A stretch of DNA of 64,000 nucleotides from an uncultured Rhodothermales bacterium (GCA_964608315.1 CAZSNF010000012.1:31718-95717); one strand, 5' to 3'. Positions 9,942 through 21,006 are shown, numbered from the stretch's first letter. Numbers and translations are program-made. Notes: generated by a model not told the origin, from the sequence alone.

Positions 9942-10113
9942 CCCGCGCAACGAAAACAAAAAGGCCCGTTCGGGATCAAAATTCCTCGAGTAAATCGCCT
10001 TTGAGTCATCGGACGCCTGAAAAATTTAATGCGCTTGTCCCCTTGCCTTAAAAATCAATCCGACAAGTGCTATCCACCCCTTTGCAACCAGCGAAAACGA
10101 CAAACCCTATTTT

Positions 10114-10509
10114 ATGGCAGGACCCGTTCAGCATATCGGCGTTGGCCGACGGAAAACATCCACGGCGCGCGTTTACCTGCGCGCCGGAAACGGCCAGGTG
10201 ACGATAAACCGTCGTCCCCACGAAGAGTATTTCCCGCTCGACTGGCGACGCAAGATCATCTTCCAGCCGTTTGAAGCGACCGGCACCAGTGGACAGTTCG
10301 ACGTATTGGTCAACGCAAAAGGCGGCGGCCTGACCGGACAGGTCGAAGCGATTCGCCTCGGCATTGCGCGCGCGCTGGTCGATTTTGACGAAGAATTCAA
10401 AAAGCCCCTTCGCGACGCCGGCTTGCTCACGCGGGACGACCGCATGGTAGAGCGCAAGAAGTACGGTCGCCCGAAGGCGCGCAAGCGGTTCCAGTTCAGC
10501 AAGCGGTAA
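10114..10509 (+). CDS. rpsI: 30S ribosomal protein S9
   Basis: The ORF ends ...RKKYGRPKARKRFQFSKR, the canonical S9 C-terminus. It follows rplM. Confidence 0.95.
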   Translation: MAGPVQHIGVGRRKTSTARVYLRAGNGQVTINRRPHEEYFPLDWRRKIIFQPFEATGTSGQFDVLVNAKGGGLTGQVEAIRLGIARALVDFDEEFKKPLRDAGLLTRDDRMVERKKYGRPKARKRFQFSKR

Positions 10510-10647
10510 CGCAGGCGACGGACAAAACTTTTTCAGGATACTTTAATCACGCATACCGCCCGACATGCGACAGGGTGGCCGCCGCGGCGGTCATGTTTCA
10601 TGCGAGACGGCGGTAGAGGAACAAACCCGGCGAATTACGCCCTTTCC

Positions 10648-11427
10648 ATGAGCGAAACGACACCCGCGACGACCGCCCCCGCGCCCGAAACGGCGCCTGC
10701 CGCAGGCCCGGTCGGCATTGAGCAACTTCTCAAGGCAGGCACGCATTTCGGGCACCTCACGTCCCGCTGGAATCCGAAGATGAAGAAATACATCTTCATG
10801 CAGCGGAACAACATCCACATTATCGACCTGATGCAAACGCAGGCGTTGCTGAACGCAGCGGCGGAAACGGCGGCCCGGTTTGCGCGCCTGGGCAAATCGA
10901 TTCTGTTCGTCGCCACGAAAAAACAGGCGCGGGAAACGGTCCGCTCCTATGCGGAAGAGTGCGATTCCCCTTATGTGGTCGAACGCTGGCTGGGAGGTAC
11001 GCTGACCAATTTCCAGACCATTCGCGGAAGTATCCGGCGCATGGACGAACTGGCCCGGTTCGAAGAAGACGAATCGTTTCAGACGCTCAAGAAAAAGGAA
11101 CGGCTGATGCACAGCCGCGAGCGCGAAAAGCTTGTGAAGGTGCTGAGCGGCATCTCCGCCATGCCGCGCTTGCCGGGCGCCGCTTTCATCGTGGACATAA
11201 ACCGGGAGCACATCGCCGTCAAGGAAGCGCGCAAGCTCGGCATACCGATCATCGCCATGATCGATACGAACTGCGACCCGGATCTGGTGGACTACCCGAT
11301 CCCGGCCAACGACGACGCAATCAAGTCGATCCAGCTTGTTACTTCCGTCATTGCGAATGCGGTGAACGAAGGCAAGCGCTCAAAAGAAAACAAAGACGCC
11401 CACCAGGACCAGAAGCGGAAATCCTGA
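10648..11427 (+). CDS. rpsB: 30S ribosomal protein S2
   Basis: ORF 10600..11427, trimmed to the ATG at 10648. The sequence [24 protein letters not shown] is S2-typical. Confidence 0.93.
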   Translation: MSETTPATTAPAPETAPAAGPVGIEQLLKAGTHFGHLTSRWNPKMKKYIFMQRNNIHIIDLMQTQALLNAAAETAARFARLGKSILFVATKKQARETVRSYAEECDSPYVVERWLGGTLTNFQTIRGSIRRMDELARFEEDESFQTLKKKERLMHSREREKLVKVLSGISAMPRLPGAAFIVDINREHIAVKEARKLGIPIIAMIDTNCDPDLVDYPIPANDDAIKSIQLVTSVIANAVNEGKRSKENKDAHQDQKRKS

Positions 11428-11493
11428 CGAATCGGCGATCCTGCAAGGATCGTTGCCTCCGGCGAATTCTGCTTGCAATACAAATTCAAGACC

Positions 11494-12324
11494 ATGACGA
11501 TCAAGGCAGCCGACGTCAAAAAACTCCGTGAGATCACGGGCGTCGGCATGATGGACTGCAAAAAAGCGCTCCAGGAAGCGAACGGCGACCTGGACGCCGC
11601 GGTAGATATTCTGCGCAAAAAGGGCCAGAAGGTAGCGGAAAAACGCGCCTCCCGGGAAGCCAACGAGGGGCTCGTGGCGGCGGCGCTTTCCGACGACGGA
11701 AAACAGGGCGCATTGCTTGAACTGAACTGCGAAACCGACTTTGTCGCACGGAACGAGGAATTCGGACAACTGGCCGAAGCGCTGGTCCGGGTTGCGCTGG
11801 ACAAGGCTCTCGACAGCGTAGAGGCGTTGCAAAACGTCGAGTTTGCGGCGGGGCGAACCGTGGAGCAGTCCCTGATAGAGGCCACGGGCAAAATCGGCGA
11901 AAAGATCGCGGTGCGGCGGGTGGCCTTGCTCGAAAGCGCGGATGGACGCATCGTTTCCTATATTCATCCGGGGTCCCGTCTTGGCGTCCTCGTGGAAATG
12001 TATGGAAACGGACAGGTGGAAAACGCCGGAACCGACGTCGCCATGCAAGTGGCCGCCATGAACCCGATCGCCACCACAAAAGACGACGTTCCCGAAAGCG
12101 TGAAGGAGAAAGAGCTGGAAATTGCGCGGGAATCCGCCCGCAACGAAGGCAAGCCGGATCACATTATAGACCGAATCGCCCACGGCAAGCTGGAGCGGTA
12201 CTTCAAGGACCATGTGCTGGTTGAACAACCTTTCGTCAAGGACTCTTCGATGAGCGTAAAGGTCATGCTGCAAAACGCGGGCGCCGGCGTACGCCAATTC
12301 GCCCGGTTTGCGCTGGGAGAATAA
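11494..12324 (+). CDS. tsf: elongation factor Ts
   Basis: ORF trimmed to the ATG at 11494 ([26 protein letters not shown]...). It follows rpsB. Confidence 0.93.
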   Translation: MTIKAADVKKLREITGVGMMDCKKALQEANGDLDAAVDILRKKGQKVAEKRASREANEGLVAAALSDDGKQGALLELNCETDFVARNEEFGQLAEALVRVALDKALDSVEALQNVEFAAGRTVEQSLIEATGKIGEKIAVRRVALLESADGRIVSYIHPGSRLGVLVEMYGNGQVENAGTDVAMQVAAMNPIATTKDDVPESVKEKELEIARESARNEGKPDHIIDRIAHGKLERYFKDHVLVEQPFVKDSSMSVKVMLQNAGAGVRQFARFALGE

Positions 12325-12343
12325 TCTCCTGACCTCTGAAATT

Positions 12344-13153
12344 ATGGCAAGCGACACGCACCGGAGCGCATACAAGCGTATCCTGCTAAAACTTAGCGGG
12401 GAAGCGTTGCTGGGCGCCCGGTCTTACGGCATCGACCCCGAAGTGCTCGCTGGATATGCGCGCGAAATAGAAACCGTCGCGGAACGCGGGGTCGAGGTGG
12501 CGATCGTAATCGGGGGCGGCAATATTTTCCGCGGCGTTCGCACCGCCCACGCCGGCATGACCCGCGCGCACGCCGACTACATGGGCATGCTGGCCACGAT
12601 GATCAACGCCATGGCGTTGCAAGACGCCCTGGAGCAGGCGGGCCTTCAGACCCGGTTGCAATCCAGCATAAAAATGGAGGAAATCGCCGAACCGTTCATC
12701 CGGCGGCGGGCGATCCGGCATCTGGAAAAGGGCCGCGTGGTCATTTTTGGAGCCGGGACGGGCAATCCGTACTTCACCACCGACACGGCGGCCGCGTTGC
12801 GGGCGCTGGAAATCGAAGCGGACGCGCTCCTCAAGGGGACCCGGGTCAAGGGCATTTTTTCGGCGGACCCCGAGGCCGATCCGAAGGCAAAAATGTACGA
12901 CGAAATCGCGGGCGACGAGGTGATCCGCCGGAATTTGCGCATCATGGATATTACCGCCTTTACCCTCTGCCGGGAATCAAGGTTGCCGATTCTGGTGTTC
13001 GACATGAACAAGCCGGGCAACCTGAACCACATTGTTTCCGGCAAGCGCATCGGCACCGTAGTCCACTGGAACGAAAAATCCGGGGCGGCCCCTGAAAACG
13101 CGCGGGAGCGCCCGGAAACGAAAGCACGCTCCTTCACACAAGTCGAGCCATGA
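12344..13153 (+). CDS. pyrH: UMP kinase
   Basis: ORF trimmed to the ATG at 12344. The sequence [14 protein letters not shown]...[10 protein letters not shown] is PyrH-typical. There is a short C-terminal extension, and the gene overlaps the frr start by 4 nt. Confidence 0.93.
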   Translation: MASDTHRSAYKRILLKLSGEALLGARSYGIDPEVLAGYAREIETVAERGVEVAIVIGGGNIFRGVRTAHAGMTRAHADYMGMLATMINAMALQDALEQAGLQTRLQSSIKMEEIAEPFIRRRAIRHLEKGRVVIFGAGTGNPYFTTDTAAALRALEIEADALLKGTRVKGIFSADPEADPKAKMYDEIAGDEVIRRNLRIMDITAFTLCRESRLPILVFDMNKPGNLNHIVSGKRIGTVVHWNEKSGAAPENARERPETKARSFTQVEP

Positions 13154-13719
13154 TCAACGAGCATCTCAAGGCCCTCCTGAAAGAGGCCGAAGAACACATG
13201 GAGAAAAGCCTCGAATGGTTGCAGGGCGAACTGCACGCCATCCGGGCGGGGCGGGCCATGCCGGGCATGATCGACAAAATCCGGGTGGACTACTACGGCG
13301 CGCAAACGCCGCTCAACCAGATTGCGACGATCGGCGCGCCGCAGCCCGACCTGCTCACCGTTCAGCCGTGGGATCGGGGCGCGCTCGAAGCCATCGAAAA
13401 AAGCATTATGGCGTCGAACATGGGTTTTAATCCGTCGAACGATGGCGCCATGATTCGCATCCCGGTCCCGCCGCTGTCGGAGGAACGTCGCCGAGACCTT
13501 GTCAAGGCGGCGAAAGGCCGGGGGGAAGAAGCCAAAATCGGGATTCGCAACATTCGTCGCGACGCAAAGGACAAAATGCGCAAAATGGGCGAGGCAGAGC
13601 ACATCCCGGAAGACATGCTGTTCGAAGGCGGCGAGCAACTCCAGAAACTCACAGACCGCTTTACAAACGCCGTGGATGCGCTGACCGCCCGCAAGGAAGA
13701 AGAAATCATGGAGGTATGA
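13150..13719 (+). CDS. frr: ribosome recycling factor
   Basis: 189-aa ORF with ...[20 protein letters not shown]...[16 protein letters not shown], typical of Frr. Confidence 0.95.
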   Translation: MINEHLKALLKEAEEHMEKSLEWLQGELHAIRAGRAMPGMIDKIRVDYYGAQTPLNQIATIGAPQPDLLTVQPWDRGALEAIEKSIMASNMGFNPSNDGAMIRIPVPPLSEERRRDLVKAAKGRGEEAKIGIRNIRRDAKDKMRKMGEAEHIPEDMLFEGGEQLQKLTDRFTNAVDALTARKEEEIMEV

Positions 13720-13728
13720 TCCGGCCTT

Positions 13729-13775
13729 GCAGTCTCTGAACTTTGTGGGCTTGATCAGAGTATCCTGAGGATACC
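13729..13775. repeat. palindromic element (PE) family, partial copy (left-end module in reverse orientation)
   Basis: GCAGTCTCTGAACTTTGTGGGCTTGATCAGAGTATCC matches the reverse complement of the PE left end. The terminal GTATCC-TGA-GGATAC forms a small hairpin abutting tRNA-Ser. Confidence 0.7.
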
Positions 13776-13777
13776 CT

Positions 13778-13868
<91 letters not shown>

Positions 13869-13933
13869 CTGTTTCCCCGGCTGAACCGCACCATGCCGAA
13901 CCGCGCCCGTTACCCACTCGAATCTTTGCCTGC

Positions 13934-14818
13934 ATGATAAACAGCATGACCGGTTTCGGTCTTGGCGAAGCAGAGGCAAACGGCGCGGTATCGACCGTCG
14001 AACTTCGTTCGACCAACAATCGGTTCTGCGAGATATCGGTTCGCCTGCCGCGCAGCCTGAGCAAATACGAATCGGAAGTCCAGGCCCGCATCCGGAAGCG
14101 TTTTGCGCGAGGGCGGATCGCGGCGCACATCCAGGTCGAGCGCGATACGGAAGAATCCGGCGGAAGCCTCCGGATAAACCCCGAAAGCGTCCGGCAATGC
14201 ATGGAACTGCTCCAGGCCGTGCGCGAAGCCGCCGGACTAACCGAACCGGTGCGGCTCGAACATTTGCTGAAGTATTCCGATATTTTTCAGACGAAGGAAG
14301 GGTCGTGCGGGGAAACGGCCCGCGAATGGAATGCCTCGGAGCAGGCCCTCGACAAGGCGATAGCCAACCTTCAGGCCATGCGCCGCCTTGAAGGAGACGC
14401 CCTCCTGAACGATATGGATCAGCGGCTGCAAGTGATCGGACAGTTACTGGAACAGGTCGAAACCCTTGCTCCCGCGCGCGTCGAAAGCGCGCGCGAGCGG
14501 TTGCGGGAACGGCTTGCCGAAATGCTTGAAGACCGCCGCCTGGACCCCCATCGCCTGGAGATGGAAATTGCGATCCTGGCCGAACGGCTGGACGTTACGG
14601 AGGAATGCGTACGCCTGAAATCCCACCTGAATCTGTTCCGGCAGAGCCTTGCAAGCGAGCATGCGGAAGGGCGCAAGCTTAATTTTATTGCGCAGGAAAT
14701 ACACCGTGAAGTAAACACGCTTGGAGCCAAATCCGGAGATACGACAATCGCCGGCCTTGCCGTCGCCATGAAGGACGAACTGGAAAAAATTCGCGAGCAA
14801 GTACAAAACGTGGAATGA
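13934..14818 (+). CDS. YicC family stress-induced protein
   Basis: ORF 13784..14818, trimmed to the ATG at 13934 (MINSMTGFGLGEAE...). The C-terminal block NFIAQEIHREVNTLGAKS is YicC-typical. Confidence 0.85.
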   Translation: MINSMTGFGLGEAEANGAVSTVELRSTNNRFCEISVRLPRSLSKYESEVQARIRKRFARGRIAAHIQVERDTEESGGSLRINPESVRQCMELLQAVREAAGLTEPVRLEHLLKYSDIFQTKEGSCGETAREWNASEQALDKAIANLQAMRRLEGDALLNDMDQRLQVIGQLLEQVETLAPARVESARERLRERLAEMLEDRRLDPHRLEMEIAILAERLDVTEECVRLKSHLNLFRQSLASEHAEGRKLNFIAQEIHREVNTLGAKSGDTTIAGLAVAMKDELEKIREQVQNVE

Positions 14819-15393
14819 ACAACCCCGAACAGGCCCCGCGCCTTGTGGTGCTCACGGCGCCAAGCGGCTCCGGAAAAACGACCATCGCTAACCGAATCCT
14901 GGAAGCCATGCCTGCTTTCCGTTTCTCGGTATCGGCCACCACAAGACCTCGACGTCCCGACGAAAAGGACGGCGAGGATTATCACTTCATCTCGCACCAG
15001 GAGTTTCAGGCGCTCATCCACTCCGGCGAGATGCTTGAACACGAAGAGGTATATCCCGGACGCTTGTATGGAACCCTGCGATCCGAACTGGACGGCGCCA
15101 GCGCAGAACACCCGATTTTGCTCGATATCGACATTGAAGGCGCGTTCAGGATTAAAAAAATCTATGGGGAAAATGCGCTTATCGTCTTTATTCGCCCCCC
15201 CTCTGTCCGGGAACTCGGGCGACGCCTTCGGGAACGCGCCACGGAAAACGAAGACACCATCCGGGTCCGCCTCGATCGGGCGCGCCGGGAGCTGGACGCC
15301 GTGCGCCAGGCGGACAAGGTGATCGAAAACGACGATATCGAACGCGCCGTCAAGGAAACCTTGCGCGTAGTACGGCGGTTTATTAAAACCTGA
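14815..15393 (+). CDS. gmk: guanylate kinase
   Basis: P-loop APSGSGKTT plus SATTRPRRPDEKDGEDYHF. The start overlaps yicC by 4 nt. Confidence 0.93.
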   Translation: MNNPEQAPRLVVLTAPSGSGKTTIANRILEAMPAFRFSVSATTRPRRPDEKDGEDYHFISHQEFQALIHSGEMLEHEEVYPGRLYGTLRSELDGASAEHPILLDIDIEGAFRIKKIYGENALIVFIRPPSVRELGRRLRERATENEDTIRVRLDRARRELDAVRQADKVIENDDIERAVKETLRVVRRFIKT

Positions 15394-15435
15394 GTACGGG
15401 TACAAAATTTCTGAACATGCAGACAGGGGCCAACC

Positions 15436-15753
15436 ATGGCAATGAAGACCATAGATATTGAAAACCTCACGGCGCAGAGCGACAATGTGTACGAAACGGT
15501 CGTAGTGCTTTCCAAACGCGCTCGGCAAATAGCCGCCCGCCAGAAGGCGGATCTGGACGAAAAACTGGCGTACTACGAAGGATTTACGTCCGATGTGGAA
15601 AATCTCCGTATGCAGGAAGAACAGGCCCGCATATCGCTGGAATACGAAAAACGGCCCAAACCCGCCGAAGTCGCGATCGGCGAAATCGAGCAAAACGAGA
15701 TTTACTTCCGCAACGCCGAAAAAGAAGACTCGCCTGAAGAATTTTCCGCTTGA
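15436..15753 (+). CDS. rpoZ: DNA-directed RNA polymerase subunit omega
   Basis: 105-aa ORF with NVYETVVVLSKRARQIA, an omega signature. The gmk-rpoZ adjacency is conserved. Confidence 0.8.
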   Translation: MAMKTIDIENLTAQSDNVYETVVVLSKRARQIAARQKADLDEKLAYYEGFTSDVENLRMQEEQARISLEYEKRPKPAEVAIGEIEQNEIYFRNAEKEDSPEEFSA

Positions 15754-15810
15754 GTAACCGCCTGCGCGACGCCCGGTCGCAAAAAAGATCGTTGGCCTTT
15801 CGATAAACAG

Positions 15811-17076
15811 ATGACGTCCAGCAAGCCATATGCCGAACTGCGCGGGCGGCATATTCTGCTCGGCGTATGCGGGGGCATTGCGGCGTACAAATCCGTCGAA
15901 CTGGTGCGCCTCCTCAAAAAAGCAGGCGCCGACGTACAAGTCCTTATGACGCCGGACGCCACGCGCTTCGTCACGCCGTTGACGCTGGGAACCGTCTCGG
16001 AGCGTCCGGTTCTCACAGACCTGTTTCCCGAGGCGGAAGACGGCTCCTGGACCCGGCACATTACGCTTGGGCATTGGGCGGACCTGCTAATCGTTGCCCC
16101 GGCGACGGCGCAAACACTGGCCAAAATGGCGGGGGGATTCTGCGATAACATGCTCGCCGCCGCCGTGCTCGCCGCCCGATGCCCGGTTCTCGTCTGTCCG
16201 GCCATGGACGAGGATATGCTGGTGCATCCGGCCACGCAGCGCAACCTGGAGACGCTTCGGTCCTATGGCTATTTCGTGGCGCCGACAGCGTACGGCCCGC
16301 TTGCAAGCGGATTGACCGGGCAGGGCCGCTTGCCGGAACCGGAAGAAATCGCGCAGCACATCCGCGAAGCGCTTGCAACCGGCCCGGACGACCGCCCGGC
16401 GCGCCCCCCTGCGGAAAACGCCCGCTTGCAAAACAGGCATGTGCTCGTAACGGCGGGACCTACCCGGGAGCACGTAGATCCGGTTCGCTTCCTCAGCAAT
16501 CCCTCCTCCGGAAAAATGGGCTTTGCGCTTGCGGAGGCAGCCGCCCGGCGCGGGGCCCGGGTCACGCTGGTTTGCGGTCCGGCGCATCTGGACACGCCCG
16601 CCCGGGTGAAGCGAATCGACGTGGAAAGCGCCGAGGAAATGCACGACGCCGTTATGGCCCATCGCGCAGCCGATATTGTGATCATGGCGGCGGCGGTCGC
16701 GGATTACGCGCCGCAAGAACGCGCCACGCAAAAAATCAAAAAGAAAAACAGCGAGATGACGTTGCGCCTGCGACGCACGACGGATATCCTTTATGCGTTG
16801 CAGCAACAGCGGGCCGAGGGGCAACTCCTCGTGGGATTTGCCCTGGAAACCAGCGATGGGCTGGAAAACGCGCGCAAAAAGCTCCGCGACAAGAACCTCG
16901 ACTGGATCGTGCTCAACATGCTTGCCGCGGATTCGGGATTCGAGACGGAAACGAATCGGATCATGCTGCTGAGCCGCGACGGTCGAGAAGAAGCGGTTCC
17001 CGCGATGAGCAAGCGGGAGACCGCCGAAATCATTCTGGATCGCATTGCGTCCCCGCAGGACCGGACAGCGGCGTAA
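15811..17076 (+). CDS. coaBC: bifunctional phosphopantothenoylcysteine decarboxylase / phosphopantothenate-cysteine ligase
   Basis: 421-aa ORF. The N-terminal flavoprotein part reads [21 protein letters not shown] and the C-terminal part reads [16 protein letters not shown]. Confidence 0.93.
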   Translation: MTSSKPYAELRGRHILLGVCGGIAAYKSVELVRLLKKAGADVQVLMTPDATRFVTPLTLGTVSERPVLTDLFPEAEDGSWTRHITLGHWADLLIVAPATAQTLAKMAGGFCDNMLAAAVLAARCPVLVCPAMDEDMLVHPATQRNLETLRSYGYFVAPTAYGPLASGLTGQGRLPEPEEIAQHIREALATGPDDRPARPPAENARLQNRHVLVTAGPTREHVDPVRFLSNPSSGKMGFALAEAAARRGARVTLVCGPAHLDTPARVKRIDVESAEEMHDAVMAHRAADIVIMAAAVADYAPQERATQKIKKKNSEMTLRLRRTTDILYALQQQRAEGQLLVGFALETSDGLENARKKLRDKNLDWIVLNMLAADSGFETETNRIMLLSRDGREEAVPAMSKRETAEIILDRIASPQDRTAA

Positions 17077-17134
17077 CGATGCGGCGAAACCCGCTGCGGA
17101 ACCGGCCCCGGTCGCGACATAACCTCTTTACCCC

Positions 17135-17995
17135 ATGTCTATCCTCCGCGAACTGAAAACCATCCTTGAGCATGAACAGCGGCTCGGCGGGTCGTTCGCA
17201 CCGCTTCCCCGTTCCGCCAGGCAGGAAGCGCAAGGAACGACGCAGCGCGACCATGCCGCGGCGAAACCGGCCCGACCACTTTCTGAAGCGGCTCCCGCCA
17301 GCAGGATTGCGCCTGCTGCAAACGCGGAGGACAGCAGCCTGTTCGGGGGCGGAGCGGAACAGGGCGGTGGAAGCAACCTGTCGCCCTATGCGCGCATTCA
17401 TGCGCTGATCCCGGCCCAATCCCCGCTGCGCGAAATGAATACGCTGGACGAAGCAGAAGCCTTCGTGCGGGACAATGTGCTCATTCCGCTGGATAAAACC
17501 CGTAAAAACCCGGTGTTCGGCGTCGGGAATCCGGAAGCGGACCTGATGGTGATAGGAGAGGCTCCCGGGGCGGACGAAGACGCCCGAGGCGAGCCTTTCG
17601 TGGGAAGAGCCGGTCAATTGCTGAACAAAATCCTGCAGGCCATTGACTTCGAACGAGAAGACGTCTACATAGCAAATATCCTGAAAAGTCGCCCGCCGAA
17701 CAACCGGAACCCGCTTGCGGGAGAAATCCAGGCGCACGCCCCGATTCTCTATAAGCAAATGACGCTTATTCGCCCCAAATTGCTACTTTGCCTTGGCAAG
17801 GTCGCGGCAGGCGCCTTGCTGAATCGGCAGGATTCGCTGAAAGCCATGAGACAAAAATTTCAGGATTTTCATGGCCTTCCCCTGCTTGTTACCTACCATC
17901 CGGCGGCGCTGCTGCGCAATCCCGGATGGAAACGACCCACATGGGAAGATATGCAGATGCTTCGCAAACGCTACGACCAGTTGAGGAAACTCTGA
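17135..17995 (+). CDS. uracil-DNA glycosylase, family 4, with an N-terminal extension of about 110 aa
   Basis: Motifs GEAPGADEDARGEPFVGRAGQLL and HPAALLRNP are present. The TGA stop (17993-17995) lies inside a PE repeat end. Confidence 0.85.
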   Translation: MSILRELKTILEHEQRLGGSFAPLPRSARQEAQGTTQRDHAAAKPARPLSEAAPASRIAPAANAEDSSLFGGGAEQGGGSNLSPYARIHALIPAQSPLREMNTLDEAEAFVRDNVLIPLDKTRKNPVFGVGNPEADLMVIGEAPGADEDARGEPFVGRAGQLLNKILQAIDFEREDVYIANILKSRPPNNRNPLAGEIQAHAPILYKQMTLIRPKLLLCLGKVAAGALLNRQDSLKAMRQKFQDFHGLPLLVTYHPAALLRNPGWKRPTWEDMQMLRKRYDQLRKL

Positions 17996-18100
17996 TTAAG
18001 GCAAGACGGTCGAGAGGGGCCTGTGGTTGCGCCCTTTCCACACTGGGCCAGCACACCCCTCGCAGCCTCTGAACTTTGCACATTTAATCAGAGTATCCTT
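17983..18100. repeat. PE family, short (about 118 bp) copy
   Basis: The left end GAGGAAACTCTGATTAAG and the right end ...CCTCGCAGCCTCTGAACTTTGCACATTTAATCAGAGTATCCTT are inverted PE termini. Confidence 0.8.
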
Positions 18101-18149
18101 GAAGGGAAATACAACCTGATCGTCGATCCCGCGCCTTGCAGCGCCTCTT

Positions 18150-19619
18150 ATGCCTGAGCAGGAACCATATCCTCCGCCCATGCCGGACGCCCCCCGGGAA
18201 GCCCTGCCGGATCCGCACGCCGGCGGACGCGTGCCGCCGCAAGCCGTCGATGTAGAACAGGCCATATTGGGAGCGATTCTCCTGGAACAGGACGCGCTGC
18301 CGAAAAGCCTTGAGATTCTTTCCGAAGACAGTTTTTACGACGGGCGGCATCAGAAAATATTCGCCGCGTTCTCGGAACTCTTTCGGCGAGGCGTTCCTGT
18401 CGATTTGATCACCTTGACGAACGAATTGAGGCGGCGCAAGGAACTCGAAAAGGTGGGCGGCGCAAATTATCTGAACGAACTCTCGGCGCATATGAGCGCC
18501 GCAGCGAATGTCGAATATCATGCCCGCATCATTGCCGAGAAGCGCCTGCTTCGGAAACTGATCGAAGCGACGACGCAGCTCACCCGGGACGCATACGACC
18601 CCGGGGCGGACACGTTCGAATTGCTCGACAAGGCCGAAACAGACATCTTCCAGATTTCCAATGCGGAGATACGGCGGCCCGCAGAGAAGATCTCGGACGT
18701 CATAAAAACCACGATAGAACATCTTGAGGCGATCAATGGACGCGAAGGGGGCGTGACCGGCGTTCCCAGCGGATTTTCCCGCCTCGACGATTTCACAAGC
18801 GGCTGGCAACGGTCCGACCTGATCATTGTGGCGGCGCGCCCGTCCATGGGCAAAACCGCGCTCGCCCTGACCTGTGCGCGCAATGCTGCCCTGCACAGCA
18901 AATATCCTGCAGGCGTGGCCATTTTCTCTCTCGAAATGGGCGCCGAGCAGCTGGCCCTGCGCATGTTGACCTCGGAAGCGCGGGTCAATTCCCAGGACGC
19001 TCGTACGGGCCGCATGCAGGACGACGACTGGCAGAAACTTAACCGGGCGGCCGGGCGGCTGGCCGAGGCGCCCATTTTCATCGACGAAACGCCGGGGCTG
19101 TCTGTGCTGGAACTCCGCGCCAAGTGCCGCCGCCTGAAATCAGAGCACGACATCGGGCTGGTGATCGTCGACTACCTGCAACTCATGCATGTGTCTGCGA
19201 CGCAGCGCTACAGCAACCGGGAACAGGAAATTTCGCACATCAGCCGGTCCATGAAAGCGCTGGCCAAGGAACTGAACGTGCCCGTAATCGCCCTGTCGCA
19301 GCTAAGCCGGGCCGTGGAAACCCGGGGCGGCGACAAGCGGCCGCAGCTTTCGGATTTGCGCGAAAGCGGAGCCATTGAACAGGACGCGGACGTGGTGTGC
19401 TTTATTTATCGGCCCGAGCGATACGGCCTTGTTACGAATGACGATGGGCATTCCACGGAAGGCGTCGCCGAAATCATTATCGGCAAACAACGCAACGGAC
19501 CTGTCGGCACGGTGGAGTTATCCTTTGTGAAGCAATATGCGCGCTTCGAAAGTCTGGCGACGTACTACCAGGGGGCCGCGGAAGGAAATGGAGCCCACAG
19601 CGAGAACGCCCCCTTCTAG
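18150..19619 (+). CDS. dnaB: replicative DNA helicase DnaB
   Basis: 489-aa ORF with PPQAVDVEQAILGAILL at the N-terminus, Walker A ARPSMGKTA, and DYLQLM...SRSMKALAKELNVPVIALSQLSR. Confidence 0.95.
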   Translation: MPEQEPYPPPMPDAPREALPDPHAGGRVPPQAVDVEQAILGAILLEQDALPKSLEILSEDSFYDGRHQKIFAAFSELFRRGVPVDLITLTNELRRRKELEKVGGANYLNELSAHMSAAANVEYHARIIAEKRLLRKLIEATTQLTRDAYDPGADTFELLDKAETDIFQISNAEIRRPAEKISDVIKTTIEHLEAINGREGGVTGVPSGFSRLDDFTSGWQRSDLIIVAARPSMGKTALALTCARNAALHSKYPAGVAIFSLEMGAEQLALRMLTSEARVNSQDARTGRMQDDDWQKLNRAAGRLAEAPIFIDETPGLSVLELRAKCRRLKSEHDIGLVIVDYLQLMHVSATQRYSNREQEISHISRSMKALAKELNVPVIALSQLSRAVETRGGDKRPQLSDLRESGAIEQDADVVCFIYRPERYGLVTNDDGHSTEGVAEIIIGKQRNGPVGTVELSFVKQYARFESLATYYQGAAEGNGAHSENAPF

Positions 19620-19631
19620 GGCCTGATTTTG

Positions 19632-19674
19632 GGAGATACGCTGATATAACCGCTTCGTTCAGCGCGTCACGTTC
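19632..19674. repeat. PE family, partial copy
   Basis: GGAGATACGCTGATATAACCGCTTCGTTCAGCGCGTCACGTTC resembles the left part of the short copy at 56554. Confidence 0.6.
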
Positions 19675-19724
19675 GCAAATACAGGACATCATGGGCGACG
19701 AGACGCTGCGCCGCAGGAAAAACG

Positions 19725-20768
19725 TCAGAAGCCCAGCCCCCGCGCATTGAGGCGAATGCGGGCGAGAAACATGTCCGACGTAAGATAGAGCGTAGAGCCA
19801 TCGTCCCCGAAGGCGCAATTGGCGATCCGCTCGCCCGTGGAAATGGTGCCGAGGTGCTCCCCTTCGGGCGTCAGCGCCAGTACGCCGCCCGGCCCCGTAG
19901 CGAACAGGTTTCCTTCCGTATCGACCGCCATGCCGTCGAACGCTCCCGCGGCCCCGTCGGCGATCAGCGCGCTGCCGTCGAAAAACACCCGGCTGTTCGC
20001 CAGCGTTCCGTCGTCCTGCACATCGTAGGCGCGAATGACCGGGTGGGCTCCTCCCGAATTCGCAACGTACAGGGTCTTTTCATCCGGGGAAAACGCGATC
20101 CCGTTCGGGAACCCCAGTTCGTCCGCAAGCAAGGACGACGCACCGTTCGGATCGACGCGGTATACGCCATTAAAAGGAAGTTCCTTGTCCGGGCTGTCGT
20201 TGAGGCCCGCCAGTCCGTAGGGCGGATCGGTGAAATACAAATCCCCGCTGGAATGAAAAACCAGATCGTTGGGACTATTGAGGCGCTTGCCCTCGTAGGA
20301 ATCGACTATCGTCTCGCGCGTGAAATTCGCGGCGTCGAGGCGAGCAATCTGCCGGTTTCCGTGATCGCACATCACGAGACGGCCTTCGGCGTCCAGCGCA
20401 AGCCCGTTCGTGCCCAGTTCGGCCCCCGACGGATCGCTTCCTGCGTACCCCGCCGGTCGAAGATAGGGCGAAAGGCCGTCCTTTTCGTCCCACCGGTAGA
20501 TCGTATTCACCGGTATGTCGGAAAAAAGCAGGTAGCCTCCGTCGTCGGGAACCCATACCGGGCCTTCAGACCACTCGAAACCCTCGGCCAGTTTTTCAAT
20601 GACGGCGTCCTCGGGGACCAGCGCGTCCATCCGGTCGTCCAGGCGGATCACTGTTCCGATGGCGTCGGCGGCGGGGCGGGCGTATACCTCCTCTTCTTCA
20701 TGGGAGGCGCAACCCGCCATGACGGCGAACGCAAAAAAGAGGACAGGAATGCGAAGCAGGTCGGTCAT
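19725..20768 (-). CDS. SMP-30/gluconolactonase/LRE family lipoprotein
   Basis: ORF 19725..20867, trimmed to the ATG at 20768 (MTDLLRIPVLFFAFAVMAGC, a lipobox). The segments EGPVW...FSDIP...NSPNDLVF...FTDPPYG are typical of the family. Confidence 0.8.
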   Translation of the reverse strand: MTDLLRIPVLFFAFAVMAGCASHEEEEVYARPAADAIGTVIRLDDRMDALVPEDAVIEKLAEGFEWSEGPVWVPDDGGYLLFSDIPVNTIYRWDEKDGLSPYLRPAGYAGSDPSGAELGTNGLALDAEGRLVMCDHGNRQIARLDAANFTRETIVDSYEGKRLNSPNDLVFHSSGDLYFTDPPYGLAGLNDSPDKELPFNGVYRVDPNGASSLLADELGFPNGIAFSPDEKTLYVANSGGAHPVIRAYDVQDDGTLANSRVFFDGSALIADGAAGAFDGMAVDTEGNLFATGPGGVLALTPEGEHLGTISTGERIANCAFGDDGSTLYLTSDMFLARIRLNARGLGF

Positions 20769-20836
20769 GGGGCAGAGGGTTTCCCGGGGCAAGCGAATGC
20801 AGGTGCGGGCTTGCCTGTATGTTGTAACGTGATGTG

Positions 20837-20907
20837 AGGTGACGGGCGGACTCGAACCGCCGTACAAGGTTTTGCAGACCTTTGCCTAACCACTCGGCCA
20901 CGTCACC
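20837..20907 (-). tRNA. tRNA-Cys (anticodon GCA)
   Basis: Hand-folded from the reverse complement. Acceptor stem GGTGACG/CGTCACC, anticodon arm AAGGT-CTGCAAA-ACCTT, T-arm GGCGG-TTCGAGT-CCGCC. Confidence 0.88.
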
Positions 20908-21006
20908 CGATTTCCTTACCGTTTTCCCGTACCGTACGATTCCGGCGGGTTTCTTGATCCCGGCGAAAGAGCGCCGCGACCGCGCGCCGTTGCTGTCGCG
21001 CCGTAG

